Below, in pieces: positions 1 to 9,508 of a DNA stretch of 62,068 bases. The notes beneath the pieces are model-generated. The model had not been told where the DNA came from. It made no database searches and saw only the letters and a list, made by a program, of their open reading frames with translations. The number at the start of each line of letters is the position of its first letter. The first letter of the stretch is position 1. Source of the stretch: a virus. The position numbers and the translations under genes are program-made. Location: IMG/VR virus record IMGVR_UViG_3300025073_000026; one strand, written 5' to 3'.

Positions 1-1
1 G

Positions 2-382
2 GGGGGGGGGGGGACGGTTGTGAGTAATACTCTAGAGTGGTCTACAGGCGGGCTGAATGTGGATGGATGCAGGGTAATGACAACTAATCGATTGTGCAAC
101 ACCCCTAGACGTGCGGCATCCGCTCCTATTGGTACTTTCGTTAGGAGTAACCCAAGTTCACCTACAGACACATCTAATGGCAGGTGGCCAGCCAATGTGG
201 TTCTTAGCAATGTGTCAGGATATTTCCCTAAAACTGTGAGTATGGGACATCTACCACGAACAGGGAAGACAGCATCTTGTTTTGGTCCGAATAGACACGC
301 TTGTGGGGATGCCAACAACGGCTATAACGACTCTGGCTCCGCGTCTCGTTTCTTCAAATCCTTTCCACAAGTGGATGACTGA
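2..382 (+). CDS. MTase-insert cassette A1 (5'-truncated by window edge, starts in a G13 tract)
   Basis: Frame open from position 2: GGGG-TVVSNTLEWSTGGLNVDGCR...GRWPANVVL...DSGSASRFFK; same three motifs as the other cassettes. Confidence 0.8.
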   Translation, partial: GGGGTVVSNTLEWSTGGLNVDGCRVMTTNRLCNTPRRAASAPIGTFVRSNPSSPTDTSNGRWPANVVLSNVSGYFPKTVSMGHLPRTGKTASCFGPNRHACGDANNGYNDSGSASRFFKSFPQVDD

Positions 383-1053
383 TGCGTCTTATTTCCCTAG
401 CTAGGCGCCCTTTGTCTGAGGGGAGCGTCACGGGCAATGTGGCCCGATGGGGGTGTGGCGGGTTTGATATTGACAGCAATCGGATAAGTTGCGCTGAAGG
501 GCACAGTCCAGCGGCTGATAGAAGAAACACTGCAAGGAAGTCCGGGAATTTCAGTATCTCTGGACGTAAGGCGGCTGAGTCGGTTTCCATCGGGAGATTA
601 GACTACAGGGGATCCTTTGAAACCAGAGCCGCTTTCCGGCCATCTGAACTCTTAGGGCGCTGGCCTGCCAACTTACTTCTTCAGCATGATCTAACCTGTC
701 AAAACCGTGGCATTAAGATTGTCAAAGGAAGCCCCTCTTCGTCCATTCTGCACAATGCTTATGAAGGAACATCCACTACAGGCTTCATTCGAGGTGTTTC
801 ACACTCTGGCAATCAACACGGGGATTCCACCGGAAAAGAGGCCGTGGCCGTTTGGAACTGCGATAAAATGTGCCCTATTTCGGTTCTTGATAGTCAAAGT
901 GGAGTATCCTTCTCAGGGGGGGTTCGGGTCCAGCCAGCAAGGGTTGGAAGAGCAATGGAGATACAGTCAGTGGGTCTTGTAGGAGTACAGGTGGTTTCAA
1001 AGACATTGGAACGGCTTCCCGTTTTTTCAAGCAAGTGCAGGAGACGGATATGA
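382..1053 (+). CDS. MTase-insert cassette A2, frameshifted at G7 (916-922)
   Basis: MRLISLARRP...GRWPANLLLQH..C...WNCDKMCP. The conserved end TASRFFKQVQE lies in another frame after G7, and that frame is the frame of the downstream ORF. Confidence 0.8.
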   Translation: MRLISLARRPLSEGSVTGNVARWGCGGFDIDSNRISCAEGHSPAADRRNTARKSGNFSISGRKAAESVSIGRLDYRGSFETRAAFRPSELLGRWPANLLLQHDLTCQNRGIKIVKGSPSSSILHNAYEGTSTTGFIRGVSHSGNQHGDSTGKEAVAVWNCDKMCPISVLDSQSGVSFSGGVRVQPARVGRAMEIQSVGLVGVQVVSKTLERLPVFSSKCRRRI

Positions 1054-2696
1054 CCACAGCAAACAAGAAGATGCCAAAGGAGATGCTGGAGTATCTTCAC
1101 ACCATGATCATCCCTGATGGGGGTGAGTGTCTCATCCTTTTCAATGGTGAACTGGAGATTACAGACTTTGCGGCTCTCCCCGAAAACCATTATCACGGTA
1201 TCATTGCCCAAGGAACCCCCACACCGGAACAGTCAGAATTGATGCTCAGGTGCTTACGTCCGGGTGGGCATTGCTTGTTGGTCGCCCCGGACATTCAGCC
1301 TACAGGTCATACGGGGGTCTGTAATCTTGAGGATGCTGGCTTTGAAATCCGGGATTCTATCTGCTGGTTGAGACCACCTGTTGATCCTGAGAACCCCAAA
1401 TTCAAGTATTGCGCCAAGGCATCAACGTCTGAGCGCAATGCAGGTATCCATGACCTCCCCACCGGGCAAAAGACCAAGTGCAAATGGACCGGAAAGGATG
1501 TGGAAGAGATACAGGATGTCTACGAGGCATTGCTAGGCGAATTGGACGGAGATGAGAAGGAAACCTTAGCAATGCTTAAAGGTGGGATCAGTAGGGACCA
1601 GATCCCCGATGAACTCATTGACAAGTTTGAGGAGTTCACGGAGTTTGAAGTGCTTGAACGCTGTACCCACCCTTGCTTGCATCCGGATGCCCGGGTAAGA
1701 ACTGAGACGGGATGGCGTCCTATCAAGGAGATCAAAGTTGGGGACAAAGTCCTGTCAGAGGATGGTCAGTACCATTTAGTGACTCACGTATCACAGCATC
1801 CCTACACCAGCCCAAACCTTTTTGAGATACATGTGTTGGGGGTACTAGAGCCTACATTGGCGTCCGACAATCATCCGTTCCTTGTATTACGAGTAGCAGC
1901 AGGTGGTTGGGGAACGAAAGAAGTCTGGGTGCAAGCTTCGGATTTGAGAGAGGGCGATGAAATCCTTTCACTAGAACAAACTGATAACCCACTAGCAATG
2001 TCTCTACTTCATCACAGAGAGAATGGACAAACGCTCATTTGCAACAAGGTCCAAAAAGTCACTCTAGTCCCGTATGTGGGTGATGTGTGGAACCTTTCAG
2101 TAGATGGCTCGCCCACATTCCAAACCATTGTTGGAATGTCTCACAACACGGTCAAACCTATTGAGATAGACGAATTTCTCCTTCAAGGCATCCCTACGGA
2201 TCAGGGTCCGATCCTCGACCCGTTTATCGGGTCTGGGACTACCGGGATAGCATGTTTGAAGACGGGGCATGACTTCATCGGCATTGAGAAGGATGACACC
2301 TACGCACGAATAGCAGATGCTAGATTGAGGCATTGGAACCGTGAGATAGGTAAGTGGAATCCGGCTACGTTAGTATCGGATGTTGTGCCTATCGAGAAGC
2401 CGCAGGATACCCTTGGAATTGACTTCCTTGAGGGGCCGGAAGAGCCTGTGGTCAGAGGGGTATGCACGGCAAAGGTAGAGTCTGTCCCAGAATTGACCAT
2501 CGAATCCGCTAAGATGATGGGAAAGGCTCTGGCGGGATTGGCCCAAATTGTTCTGGACGCTACTGGAGGAGTGGCATCCAAACCATTGGCCCCCCTTAGT
2601 CTGGAGGCCCTCTTTGGTCTTGACGATGAGGGTAAACCGACTACTGTAAAGGAACCTGAGGCTCCTATGAGCCTGGATGACCTGTTGGATAAGTGA
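1050..2696 (+). CDS. N4/N6 DNA methyltransferase-like 'body' protein with mini-intein; lacks DPPY and the ARKP..RFF segment
   Basis: LRCLRPGGH, EDAGFEIRD, YCAKAS, HP|TVKP, DPFIGSGTTG, FIGIE motifs; AGGAG upstream of ATG 1050. Confidence 0.8.
   Translation: MTTANKKMPKEMLEYLHTMIIPDGGECLILFNGELEITDFAALPENHYHGIIAQGTPTPEQSELMLRCLRPGGHCLLVAPDIQPTGHTGVCNLEDAGFEIRDSICWLRPPVDPENPKFKYCAKASTSERNAGIHDLPTGQKTKCKWTGKDVEEIQDVYEALLGELDGDEKETLAMLKGGISRDQIPDELIDKFEEFTEFEVLERCTHPCLHPDARVRTETGWRPIKEIKVGDKVLSEDGQYHLVTHVSQHPYTSPNLFEIHVLGVLEPTLASDNHPFLVLRVAAGGWGTKEVWVQASDLREGDEILSLEQTDNPLAMSLLHHRENGQTLICNKVQKVTLVPYVGDVWNLSVDGSPTFQTIVGMSHNTVKPIEIDEFLLQGIPTDQGPILDPFIGSGTTGIACLKTGHDFIGIEKDDTYARIADARLRHWNREIGKWNPATLVSDVVPIEKPQDTLGIDFLEGPEEPVVRGVCTAKVESVPELTIESAKMMGKALAGLAQIVLDATGGVASKPLAPLSLEALFGLDDEGKPTTVKEPEAPMSLDDLLDK
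1674..2147 (+). mobile_element. Mini-intein (158 aa) in the MTase-like gene
   Basis: Starts CLHPD, has ASDNHPF block B, ends VWNLSV...SHN followed by T; excision restores HPTVKP. Confidence 0.9.
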
Positions 2697-2706
2697 GGTA
2701 GGTGCC

Positions 2707-2907
2707 GTGCCCTTCTACGAGTTCAGTTGCACTAAGTGCAAGCACAGATTTGATACCCTACAGAAGTCCAGTGACCCGCCGCCTCCGTGTCCCAAGTGTG
2801 CTGCTCTGACCAAGAAACTAGTATCCTTGACGACCTTTCACCTAAAAGGTGGTGGGTGGTCAGAGGATGGCTACAGCACGACTGGGAAAAAAGTTACTAC
2901 AGAGTAA
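2707..2907 (+). CDS. FmdB-family zinc-ribbon protein
   Basis: PFYEFSCTKC...F...CPKC....KKLVS...F.LKGGGW. Confidence 0.85.
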   Translation: MPFYEFSCTKCKHRFDTLQKSSDPPPPCPKCAALTKKLVSLTTFHLKGGGWSEDGYSTTGKKVTTE

Positions 2908-2934
2908 GTTAGCTTCGCTACGGTTAGAGTAGTA
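2908..2934 (+). promoter_or_regulatory. Phage promoter motif GTTAG-N16-GTAGTA
   Basis: Exact match to a motif repeated 15 times in the window, intergenic. Confidence 0.75.
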
Positions 2935-2971
2935 ATATGTGGTGTGGCAGCTTTGGGTGGAGGCACCTCAG

Positions 2972-3190
2972 ATGTCTGATAGGTACAATGGCTTCACAGT
3001 AATCCTTGATGAACGTGTCACTGATGAGGAGGCTCAGAGGATCGCAGCTGCCCTCAGTATGGTCAAAGGTGTCTTGGAGGTGAGGCCTCAGACAGCAGAT
3101 GTAGCCGCAGATACTATTATAGAGGCCCGGGTCAGGAGGGAATTGGGGGAGCTATTGTATGCTGTACTGTATCCCCCAAAGAAGCCATGA
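2972..3190 (+). CDS. hypothetical protein
   Basis: GGAGG RBS, stop overlaps next start. Confidence 0.7.
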   Translation: MSDRYNGFTVILDERVTDEEAQRIAAALSMVKGVLEVRPQTADVAADTIIEARVRRELGELLYAVLYPPKKP

Positions 3191-3915
3191 GAATTCTTGT
3201 TCTTTCAGACATTCACTCAGAGTTTCATGTGGACAGTGGCAAGCAATTTGTCTCATCTCTGGATCCCACTGGAATTGATGTTGTTGTCTTAGCAGGTGAC
3301 GCTGGCAATTCGGAGACCTTTGAGAGTTGCCTCCGTTTTACCTGCGAACGTTTCAAGCATGTCATCTTCGTGCCCGGAAATCACGAATATTACTTCTCGG
3401 GATTCGATGTAGTCAACGCAAAACTCAAACGACTTGCAAAAGAAATCCCAAACCTTACCGTTCTCAACAATGCCGTGACAACTATCTCTGGGCAACGATT
3501 TGTGGGGTCCACCATGTGGTTCACGCCGGACCCCATGAGTTTAGTTTATGCCGATGGATTGGCTGATTTCTCCGAAATAGTCAAGTTCCCCCAGAGATTC
3601 GAGGAGATCAATAGGACGGCAGTCAAGTTCCTAAAAGAGAACATTCAGCACGGGGACATTGTGGTCACACATCATTTGCCCACACCGCTGTCCGTGGCGG
3701 GTAGATACAAGAGCAGCAACCTCACTCGCTACTACCTCTGTGACATGTCAGAATTGATCCTACGCGTGGTTCCGTTCCTTTGGATCCATGGGCACGCCCA
3801 CGAACCTGTCGACTATTTCTTCGGGGACACTCGTATCCTGTGCAATCCAGCTGGCTATCCAAGGGAACAAGCTAAAAGACCTTTCAACCCATTAAGGGGT
3901 ATCGTAGAGGTGTAG
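3187..3915 (+). CDS. Calcineurin-like metallophosphoesterase
   Basis: SDIH, AGD, GNHE, THH, HGHAH motifs. Confidence 0.92.
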   Translation: MRILVLSDIHSEFHVDSGKQFVSSLDPTGIDVVVLAGDAGNSETFESCLRFTCERFKHVIFVPGNHEYYFSGFDVVNAKLKRLAKEIPNLTVLNNAVTTISGQRFVGSTMWFTPDPMSLVYADGLADFSEIVKFPQRFEEINRTAVKFLKENIQHGDIVVTHHLPTPLSVAGRYKSSNLTRYYLCDMSELILRVVPFLWIHGHAHEPVDYFFGDTRILCNPAGYPREQAKRPFNPLRGIVEV

Positions 3916-3930
3916 GGGGGTCTACACTGA

Positions 3931-4623
3931 TTGTCACCTAAAAGACACAAGTCACATCGTAGGATTGGCGGTACCAAGAAAAATCCGATTTCCTTGGCAG
4001 TACTGGAGAGGTCCATTGAAATGTCCCTATGGGGTGACTTGATCCCACAATCCAACCCACAAATGTCTATAGAGCATGAAAGGAATGGAGGACGAGTACA
4101 AGTATCCCTGTCCCTCAATTTCACCAATGGGAATACTTTCCATTGTAAGGTAGCTTGGGTCGAGAGTGACTTAGATGATATGGTGATAACATCGATACGG
4201 AACGGCTTGGTGGGATTTCTTCATGATAGCTTGGTGTACACTTTCTTGGGGGTGATCCGTAGCAGCATCTACGATTGGGATCCTAGAATCGGGTGGAAAT
4301 CCACATGGACTAAATACCTGGACATGCGTCCGTTACCAGAATGTCCATTGTTTGATCCGCCCAAAGGCCCAATACCACCAGTTCCAGGACAGGATGGAGA
4401 GGTATCCATGGTAGACCCTTTGGTTACCATGAGGTTGCGGACTTTGGCACAGAAGAGACTTGTTCCGACTCTTTCAGATATCTGCCCCCTGTGTGGGAAG
4501 GCAATGTCCGGGATGACACGGTGGGGTGGTGGCAATCTGCTGTGGGTACACGACGATTGTTTTCTTCGGGTTTTCGGGGAAGGGCGAGAACCCACCTGTG
4601 AGGTGAGACATGAGTCGGACTAG
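3931..4623 (+). CDS. hypothetical protein (C-terminal CxxC...HxxC)
   Basis: Long ORF packed in operon. Confidence 0.6.
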   Translation: MSPKRHKSHRRIGGTKKNPISLAVLERSIEMSLWGDLIPQSNPQMSIEHERNGGRVQVSLSLNFTNGNTFHCKVAWVESDLDDMVITSIRNGLVGFLHDSLVYTFLGVIRSSIYDWDPRIGWKSTWTKYLDMRPLPECPLFDPPKGPIPPVPGQDGEVSMVDPLVTMRLRTLAQKRLVPTLSDICPLCGKAMSGMTRWGGGNLLWVHDDCFLRVFGEGREPTCEVRHESD

Positions 4624-5266
4624 GAAGAGGGCGGATCGAATACGCAGGGAAGTTCCAATAGTCCGAGTTCTCTACGATCTGGGCTATCAAGTACGGCCCG
4701 ATGGGGATGACCGGGAACAACAGTTTGCATGCGATCTCCATGGTGATGGGCATGATGGGAAACCTTCTGCACGATGCTACCCATCCACTAATCTGGCTTC
4801 ATGCTTTGCTTGTTCGGCCACGAGAGATGCCATCACTCTGACCATGATCAAACGAAATATGACAATTTCCAATGCGTTGTCCTATCTGGAGAAGTCATAC
4901 GGCCTCCCACCATTAGCTTGGGATGAAGAGGACGAATCGATTTCCAAGCCGGACCAGATACAGGAGTCCCTCAGGGAACACGTCCACTTGGGCCCTCTAG
5001 TCAAACGAGTTCACTCTATTTTGGATGCACAGAGGAACGATAGGGTATTGTCTCTTAGAGAGGTGCTTGGATTTTGGGAAGTCTCCGACATGATAGAGTG
5101 GCACTTTGATAATGAAGAGTGGCAGGAAGACAAAGCCATCCAAGAGATGTCCAAACTGTTGGACAAGTTGAAGGCACTGATCCATGGAAAATTATCTGGT
5201 CAAGTCGATCATATCAGGAACGATCTGGGGGGCAGTACCGATTCTCAGAGCAATCCCCAAGGGTGA
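4610..5266 (+). CDS. CHC2 zinc-finger (primase Zn-binding-like) protein
   Basis: CDLH...D.KPS......CFAC....DAI; no TOPRIM domain. Confidence 0.75.
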   Translation: MSRTRKRADRIRREVPIVRVLYDLGYQVRPDGDDREQQFACDLHGDGHDGKPSARCYPSTNLASCFACSATRDAITLTMIKRNMTISNALSYLEKSYGLPPLAWDEEDESISKPDQIQESLREHVHLGPLVKRVHSILDAQRNDRVLSLREVLGFWEVSDMIEWHFDNEEWQEDKAIQEMSKLLDKLKALIHGKLSGQVDHIRNDLGGSTDSQSNPQG

Positions 5267-5630
5267 TGACTTTTGGGGGGTCCTAGCGCCACTTCGAGGA
5301 ACCTCTTGGGGTGACCAGATACTAGTGGTATCAGGACATATGCTTTCCGATGCCTTACATGGCTGGACAAAGCCCCTAGTTGAATTTCTGGGCCGTCCAC
5401 CGCACATAAGGGCGGGGAAGGTATCGGATGCTGAGAGTAAATGCGTCCTGGCGTCAGCCAGCACTTGTGCAATGGCATCCCCGAAATGCCGTCCGTGCAG
5501 GGATGTACCTGATTGCTATGAGGCACCTGGCAAGACACCTGAATTTCGGGAAGCGGCTACTCGTGTCGCTATGGCCTGGAAAGAGGGTAGATACGTGATC
5601 GTAATCGAAGGTGGGGAATTCTCCCTCTAA
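5184..5630 (+). CDS. hypothetical Cys-rich protein
   Basis: ORF between CHC2 gene and polymerase. Confidence 0.6.
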   Translation: MENYLVKSIISGTIWGAVPILRAIPKGDDFWGVLAPLRGTSWGDQILVVSGHMLSDALHGWTKPLVEFLGRPPHIRAGKVSDAESKCVLASASTCAMASPKCRPCRDVPDCYEAPGKTPEFREAATRVAMAWKEGRYVIVIEGGEFSL

Positions 5631-5650
5631 GGGCACCACGGGAGACGCCG

Positions 5651-8600
5651 ATGGATCTTGCAGACATTCTGGACAGCAGTAATCAGCACGCTCCTATAGA
5701 GAAACTTCCATGGATGAAGAAGAAAAACTTCATCCTCGTGGATTGGACCAAGCCAGATGGACTCGCTATCCTCAAGCAAGCCATGGATGCATGTATTGCA
5801 TCCAAGCTGTACGCTTTGGACATTGAATGCACAGGCCTGGATAATCGTGTCTTCAATGGGAAGACAGTCAAAGACATTGTAGGCATCTGTCTTTCTCCTG
5901 ATGGGGTCACGGGCTACTACATCCCGCTCAGGCATATCCAGAGAATCGAGTCCACTGGGGCAACAAACCTATTGCCTTGCAATGTCCCGCTTCCTGAGTT
6001 TGAGACGGAATTCGTTCGACTCCTGGATAGTCCTGCAGTAGCCATCTTTCACAACGGAAAGTTTGACCAAGAGTTCCTCACCTTCAATGGGCGAGATAGG
6101 CCGTGGGGCGACTGGGATCTACCTGGGAAATGGGAAGACACCCTCATCCTGGCCTATCTGGAGAATTCCAGGGCAAGACGCTTTGGGCTGAAACCTTTGG
6201 CCGATACGATCCTTGGCCAGAAGATGATTGAGTTGAAGGATCTCTTCCCATTAAAGTACAAAGGTCCCCTGGATTTCTCTCTGCTCAATCCGTCCGATGA
6301 TGATGCAGTCGTTTGGTATGGTGCCTCCGATGCGGTGTGTACCTACCAGCTGTACGAGCATTTCCTACCATTGGTGGTGACCTGTGAGGATTCCCAAAGC
6401 ACTATCTACAAGATCGAGAAGTCTTGTGTGGGGGCTACTCGATGGATGGAAAGGAATCGAGTCTATGTTGATAAAGCCAAAGTTGCAGAACTCATACAGA
6501 TTGGACAGAAAGAATGCTTTGAGTCCATGCAAGAGGTCTACCGTTTAGCCTCTGAGATCATCGGTAGGGACATTACCCCACTGCATTTCTACCTCGTTGA
6601 ACGGGAATTCCAGAAGACCAACCCCACCTTCAGTATCGACAAGGGTGGGAATATGGCCTTGATCGAGGCACTAAAGGATGCCCGTGCGGAGTGCAACAAC
6701 AAGGTACGAATTGCGACGGACTCCTTCTTGTACGAGAAGTCCCGACGATTGCCCATCACCAAGAAAAAGAAGGATGGTGGGGAAAGGACATATCCAGCTG
6801 AGTACGATATCATGTCGCCTCAGCAGTTCGGGCTGATGCTGGAAGAACTGGAAGTTCCAGGTTTAGCTTACACAGAGAAATCTGGGCAAGTACAGACATC
6901 TGCTGATGTATTGGATGAAATTCTGACCAAGGCAGCTGGTAAACTCCCTTGGGTCGCTAAAGTCATTCGTTTCAGGGAAACACAAAAGGCACTCTCGACT
7001 TTTCTACTACCGCTGTGGAATGATACGTGCCCTGTAGACGATACGGTGCGAATTGGTTTCAATGGACTCAAAACAGACACGGGAAGATTCTCTACGTCCA
7101 AACCGAAGAACCCAACCGAAGATGGCGGCACTTCTTACTTCATGCAGGGGACTCCTGCCACGTATGACCCCAATCGACCCGCCTGTATGACTCGCATCAG
7201 AGAATGTTTCACCCCACGGAAGAAGGATAGCTTCATTGTCGCGATCGACTTTAGTGGCGAAGAACTTCGAATTGTAACCAACCTGAGTCGTGAACCAAAG
7301 TGGCTCTCGGAATTCTTTCACTGTGCTGGTTGCAACCGGATGTTCGATCGGGATGTTCCACCCCCCAGATATTGCCCCGATTGTGGCTCTGACAAGATTG
7401 GCGACCTGCACACTTTGACTGCGTTGGGTATCTATGGGGCAGATGCACAGAAGAGAGACGATTGGAAGGCATTGAGAGGATACGGGAAGTGTCTTCACTT
7501 GGATACACTCATAGTCAGGGATGGTGTTCTGCAAACTCTCGGGACACTACCAACAGGGCCGGAAGATACTTTCATGCCTCTCCTAGGGGTGGTCCGGGGG
7601 GAGACAGGACCAGTCCCCTTAGTGGAGGTCTACAATGGGGGCTTGCAAGACCTCTTCTACATCGTGACTAATCGTGGGATTGTAGCCTGCACTGAGAGAC
7701 ATACGTTCAAGGTGGGTGATGGAACCCTTCAATCGCTGGCAGGGGATCTTGATGTCGCATGGGTAATACAGACAGCTGGCATCCCAACCCTTATAGATGC
7801 CCCCTACCAACGGATCAGTGCGCATGAAATGGCTGCGTTCCATGACCCAGACCATGAAACTAGTTACCTTGCAGGCGCCTATCAAGGAGACGCTAATGGT
7901 GGTGCTCTAGATCGAGTAGAAATGCCAATGGCTGGTCTCATCGGCGTCTTACCATTCCTCCGAGGCAATAAATCACGAGTCCCAGCCTTCGTTCTTTCAG
8001 CTGGTAGAGAAGCAATGCTTCACTACATGGCAGGGCTTTGGGATATCATGGGGGAAGTATCAGACACTGATGGGGTGGGTAGGTGGGCAACTTTTGATAT
8101 TGGGTTTGCGTCCCAAGTAGCAACAGTAGCCTCTGCACTAGGTATGGAACCGTGGGTAGAAGTCGAGTGGGAGACTACTCTCACACGACTGAAATTCCGG
8201 GTAACGTTGCCAGCCGATACGATGTGGCAAATTGGACCATATATGAGGTACCCAGTTAATGCGGCTCGACTACAGGATTCACGGGAAAGGCACCCCAGAG
8301 GCCCCAACAGAATTCTAGGCATATATCCGGCTGGCAAACATCCTTGTCTGGACCTTCATGTTGATGACCCATCCCATCTATACTGGGCCAATGGGCTCGT
8401 CTCCCATAACAGTACGAACTTCGCCCTCTGTTACGGCGGTGGGGGCCATGCGGTATGTGCGGCAACAGGTGTGGACGAGAATGAAGGGTGGAGAATCAAA
8501 CGGACGTTCGATGCTACATACAAAGGGCTCCAGGATTGGTGGAAGCGTACACAGGACTTTGGTCGTAAGACAGGGTACGTAAAGACTGCTTTTGGTAGGC

Positions 8601-9508
8601 ACTATCCTGTCCCAGATATCCAGCTCCCGAAATTTGGTAAGGACGCAAAAGGTGCCCCCCGGAATAATATGGCCTTCATTGCTAAAGCCGAACGCAATGC
8701 AGTTAATGGCCCCGTACAATCATCTGGAGCAGATATTGTTAAGCTAGCTATGACGATGATCCATCGACACTGCAAAAAGAAGGGGTGGCTGGACAAGGCA
8801 CGCATGATCATCACCATGCACGATGAATTGGTTTTCGACATGGATGCAGATATTATGGAGGATGCCATTCAAGACTTCACCCACCTTATGACCAACAACC
8901 CTCTAATCGGAAAGTTAGGTTGGCCCATCCCCCTGTTAGTTGATGTAGATGTGGGGCATGACTGGACTGTACCTTGGAGCCTCACTGAGATCGCCCATAC
9001 AGGGAAATGGCCTGAAGAGTTGAAGCCCTGGTTCCCAAAGATGGTGGCAGCTCAGGAGCCCAAAGTTCTTACCATAGAACCCCCGTCCAAAGAATTGCCG
9101 CCACAGGGGGGAGACCTACCCCCCCAAGAGGGACTACCCGTTGCCCCTGAATCCACCCCCATTTCCGTTGTTGTCCAAGACGTGCCCTCTGATAAGGGAT
9201 TGGGTTTCGAACTAAGTGACAAGATCGACGAGACATCCAAACCCGTCCCGGAAAAGAAGTCGTCTAGTACTTCGGGCAAGAAGAAGGGGGCATTCAAATT
9301 TGTGATCAAACAGCCCTTAACTTTAGGGACCCTTGAGCGACTAGCTTACGTTATTGCCCGGACACATAATAAGGGCAACCACATACTTCAACTAGAAACT
9401 CCTTCCGGGGATGTGTTATCATGGACAGACGGGCTACCGGATGACCTGAAAGATGTCCGGGTCAATCCACAGCTTTTCGAACTCCTAGCAAAGGAAGTGG
9501 GTCTATGA
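5651..9508 (+). CDS. polA: DNA polymerase family A with 3'-5' exonuclease, intein-containing
   Basis: ExoI DIECTG, FHNGKFD, TGRFS, motif A DFSGEELR, motif B R...K|STNFALCYG, NGPVQSSGAD, motif C MHDEL. Confidence 0.95.
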   Translation: MDLADILDSSNQHAPIEKLPWMKKKNFILVDWTKPDGLAILKQAMDACIASKLYALDIECTGLDNRVFNGKTVKDIVGICLSPDGVTGYYIPLRHIQRIESTGATNLLPCNVPLPEFETEFVRLLDSPAVAIFHNGKFDQEFLTFNGRDRPWGDWDLPGKWEDTLILAYLENSRARRFGLKPLADTILGQKMIELKDLFPLKYKGPLDFSLLNPSDDDAVVWYGASDAVCTYQLYEHFLPLVVTCEDSQSTIYKIEKSCVGATRWMERNRVYVDKAKVAELIQIGQKECFESMQEVYRLASEIIGRDITPLHFYLVEREFQKTNPTFSIDKGGNMALIEALKDARAECNNKVRIATDSFLYEKSRRLPITKKKKDGGERTYPAEYDIMSPQQFGLMLEELEVPGLAYTEKSGQVQTSADVLDEILTKAAGKLPWVAKVIRFRETQKALSTFLLPLWNDTCPVDDTVRIGFNGLKTDTGRFSTSKPKNPTEDGGTSYFMQGTPATYDPNRPACMTRIRECFTPRKKDSFIVAIDFSGEELRIVTNLSREPKWLSEFFHCAGCNRMFDRDVPPPRYCPDCGSDKIGDLHTLTALGIYGADAQKRDDWKALRGYGKCLHLDTLIVRDGVLQTLGTLPTGPEDTFMPLLGVVRGETGPVPLVEVYNGGLQDLFYIVTNRGIVACTERHTFKVGDGTLQSLAGDLDVAWVIQTAGIPTLIDAPYQRISAHEMAAFHDPDHETSYLAGAYQGDANGGALDRVEMPMAGLIGVLPFLRGNKSRVPAFVLSAGREAMLHYMAGLWDIMGEVSDTDGVGRWATFDIGFASQVATVASALGMEPWVEVEWETTLTRLKFRVTLPADTMWQIGPYMRYPVNAARLQDSRERHPRGPNRILGIYPAGKHPCLDLHVDDPSHLYWANGLVSHNSTNFALCYGGGGHAVCAATGVDENEGWRIKRTFDATYKGLQDWWKRTQDFGRKTGYVKTAFGRHYPVPDIQLPKFGKDAKGAPRNNMAFIAKAERNAVNGPVQSSGADIVKLAMTMIHRHCKKKGWLDKARMIITMHDELVFDMDADIMEDAIQDFTHLMTNNPLIGKLGWPIPLLVDVDVGHDWTVPWSLTEIAHTGKWPEELKPWFPKMVAAQEPKVLTIEPPSKELPPQGGDLPPQEGLPVAPESTPISVVVQDVPSDKGLGFELSDKIDETSKPVPEKKSSSTSGKKKGAFKFVIKQPLTLGTLERLAYVIARTHNKGNHILQLETPSGDVLSWTDGLPDDLKDVRVNPQLFELLAKEVGL
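7490..8410 (+). mobile_element. Intein (307 aa) in polymerase motif B with degenerate LAGLIDADG endonuclease
   Basis: CLHLDT...CTERHTF...YMAGLWD...LDLHV...GLVSHN followed by S. Confidence 0.9.

Noticed and set aside
1-13. G13 as proof of phase variation
   Set aside because: It lies at the window edge and could be truncated or an assembly artefact; used only as supporting context.
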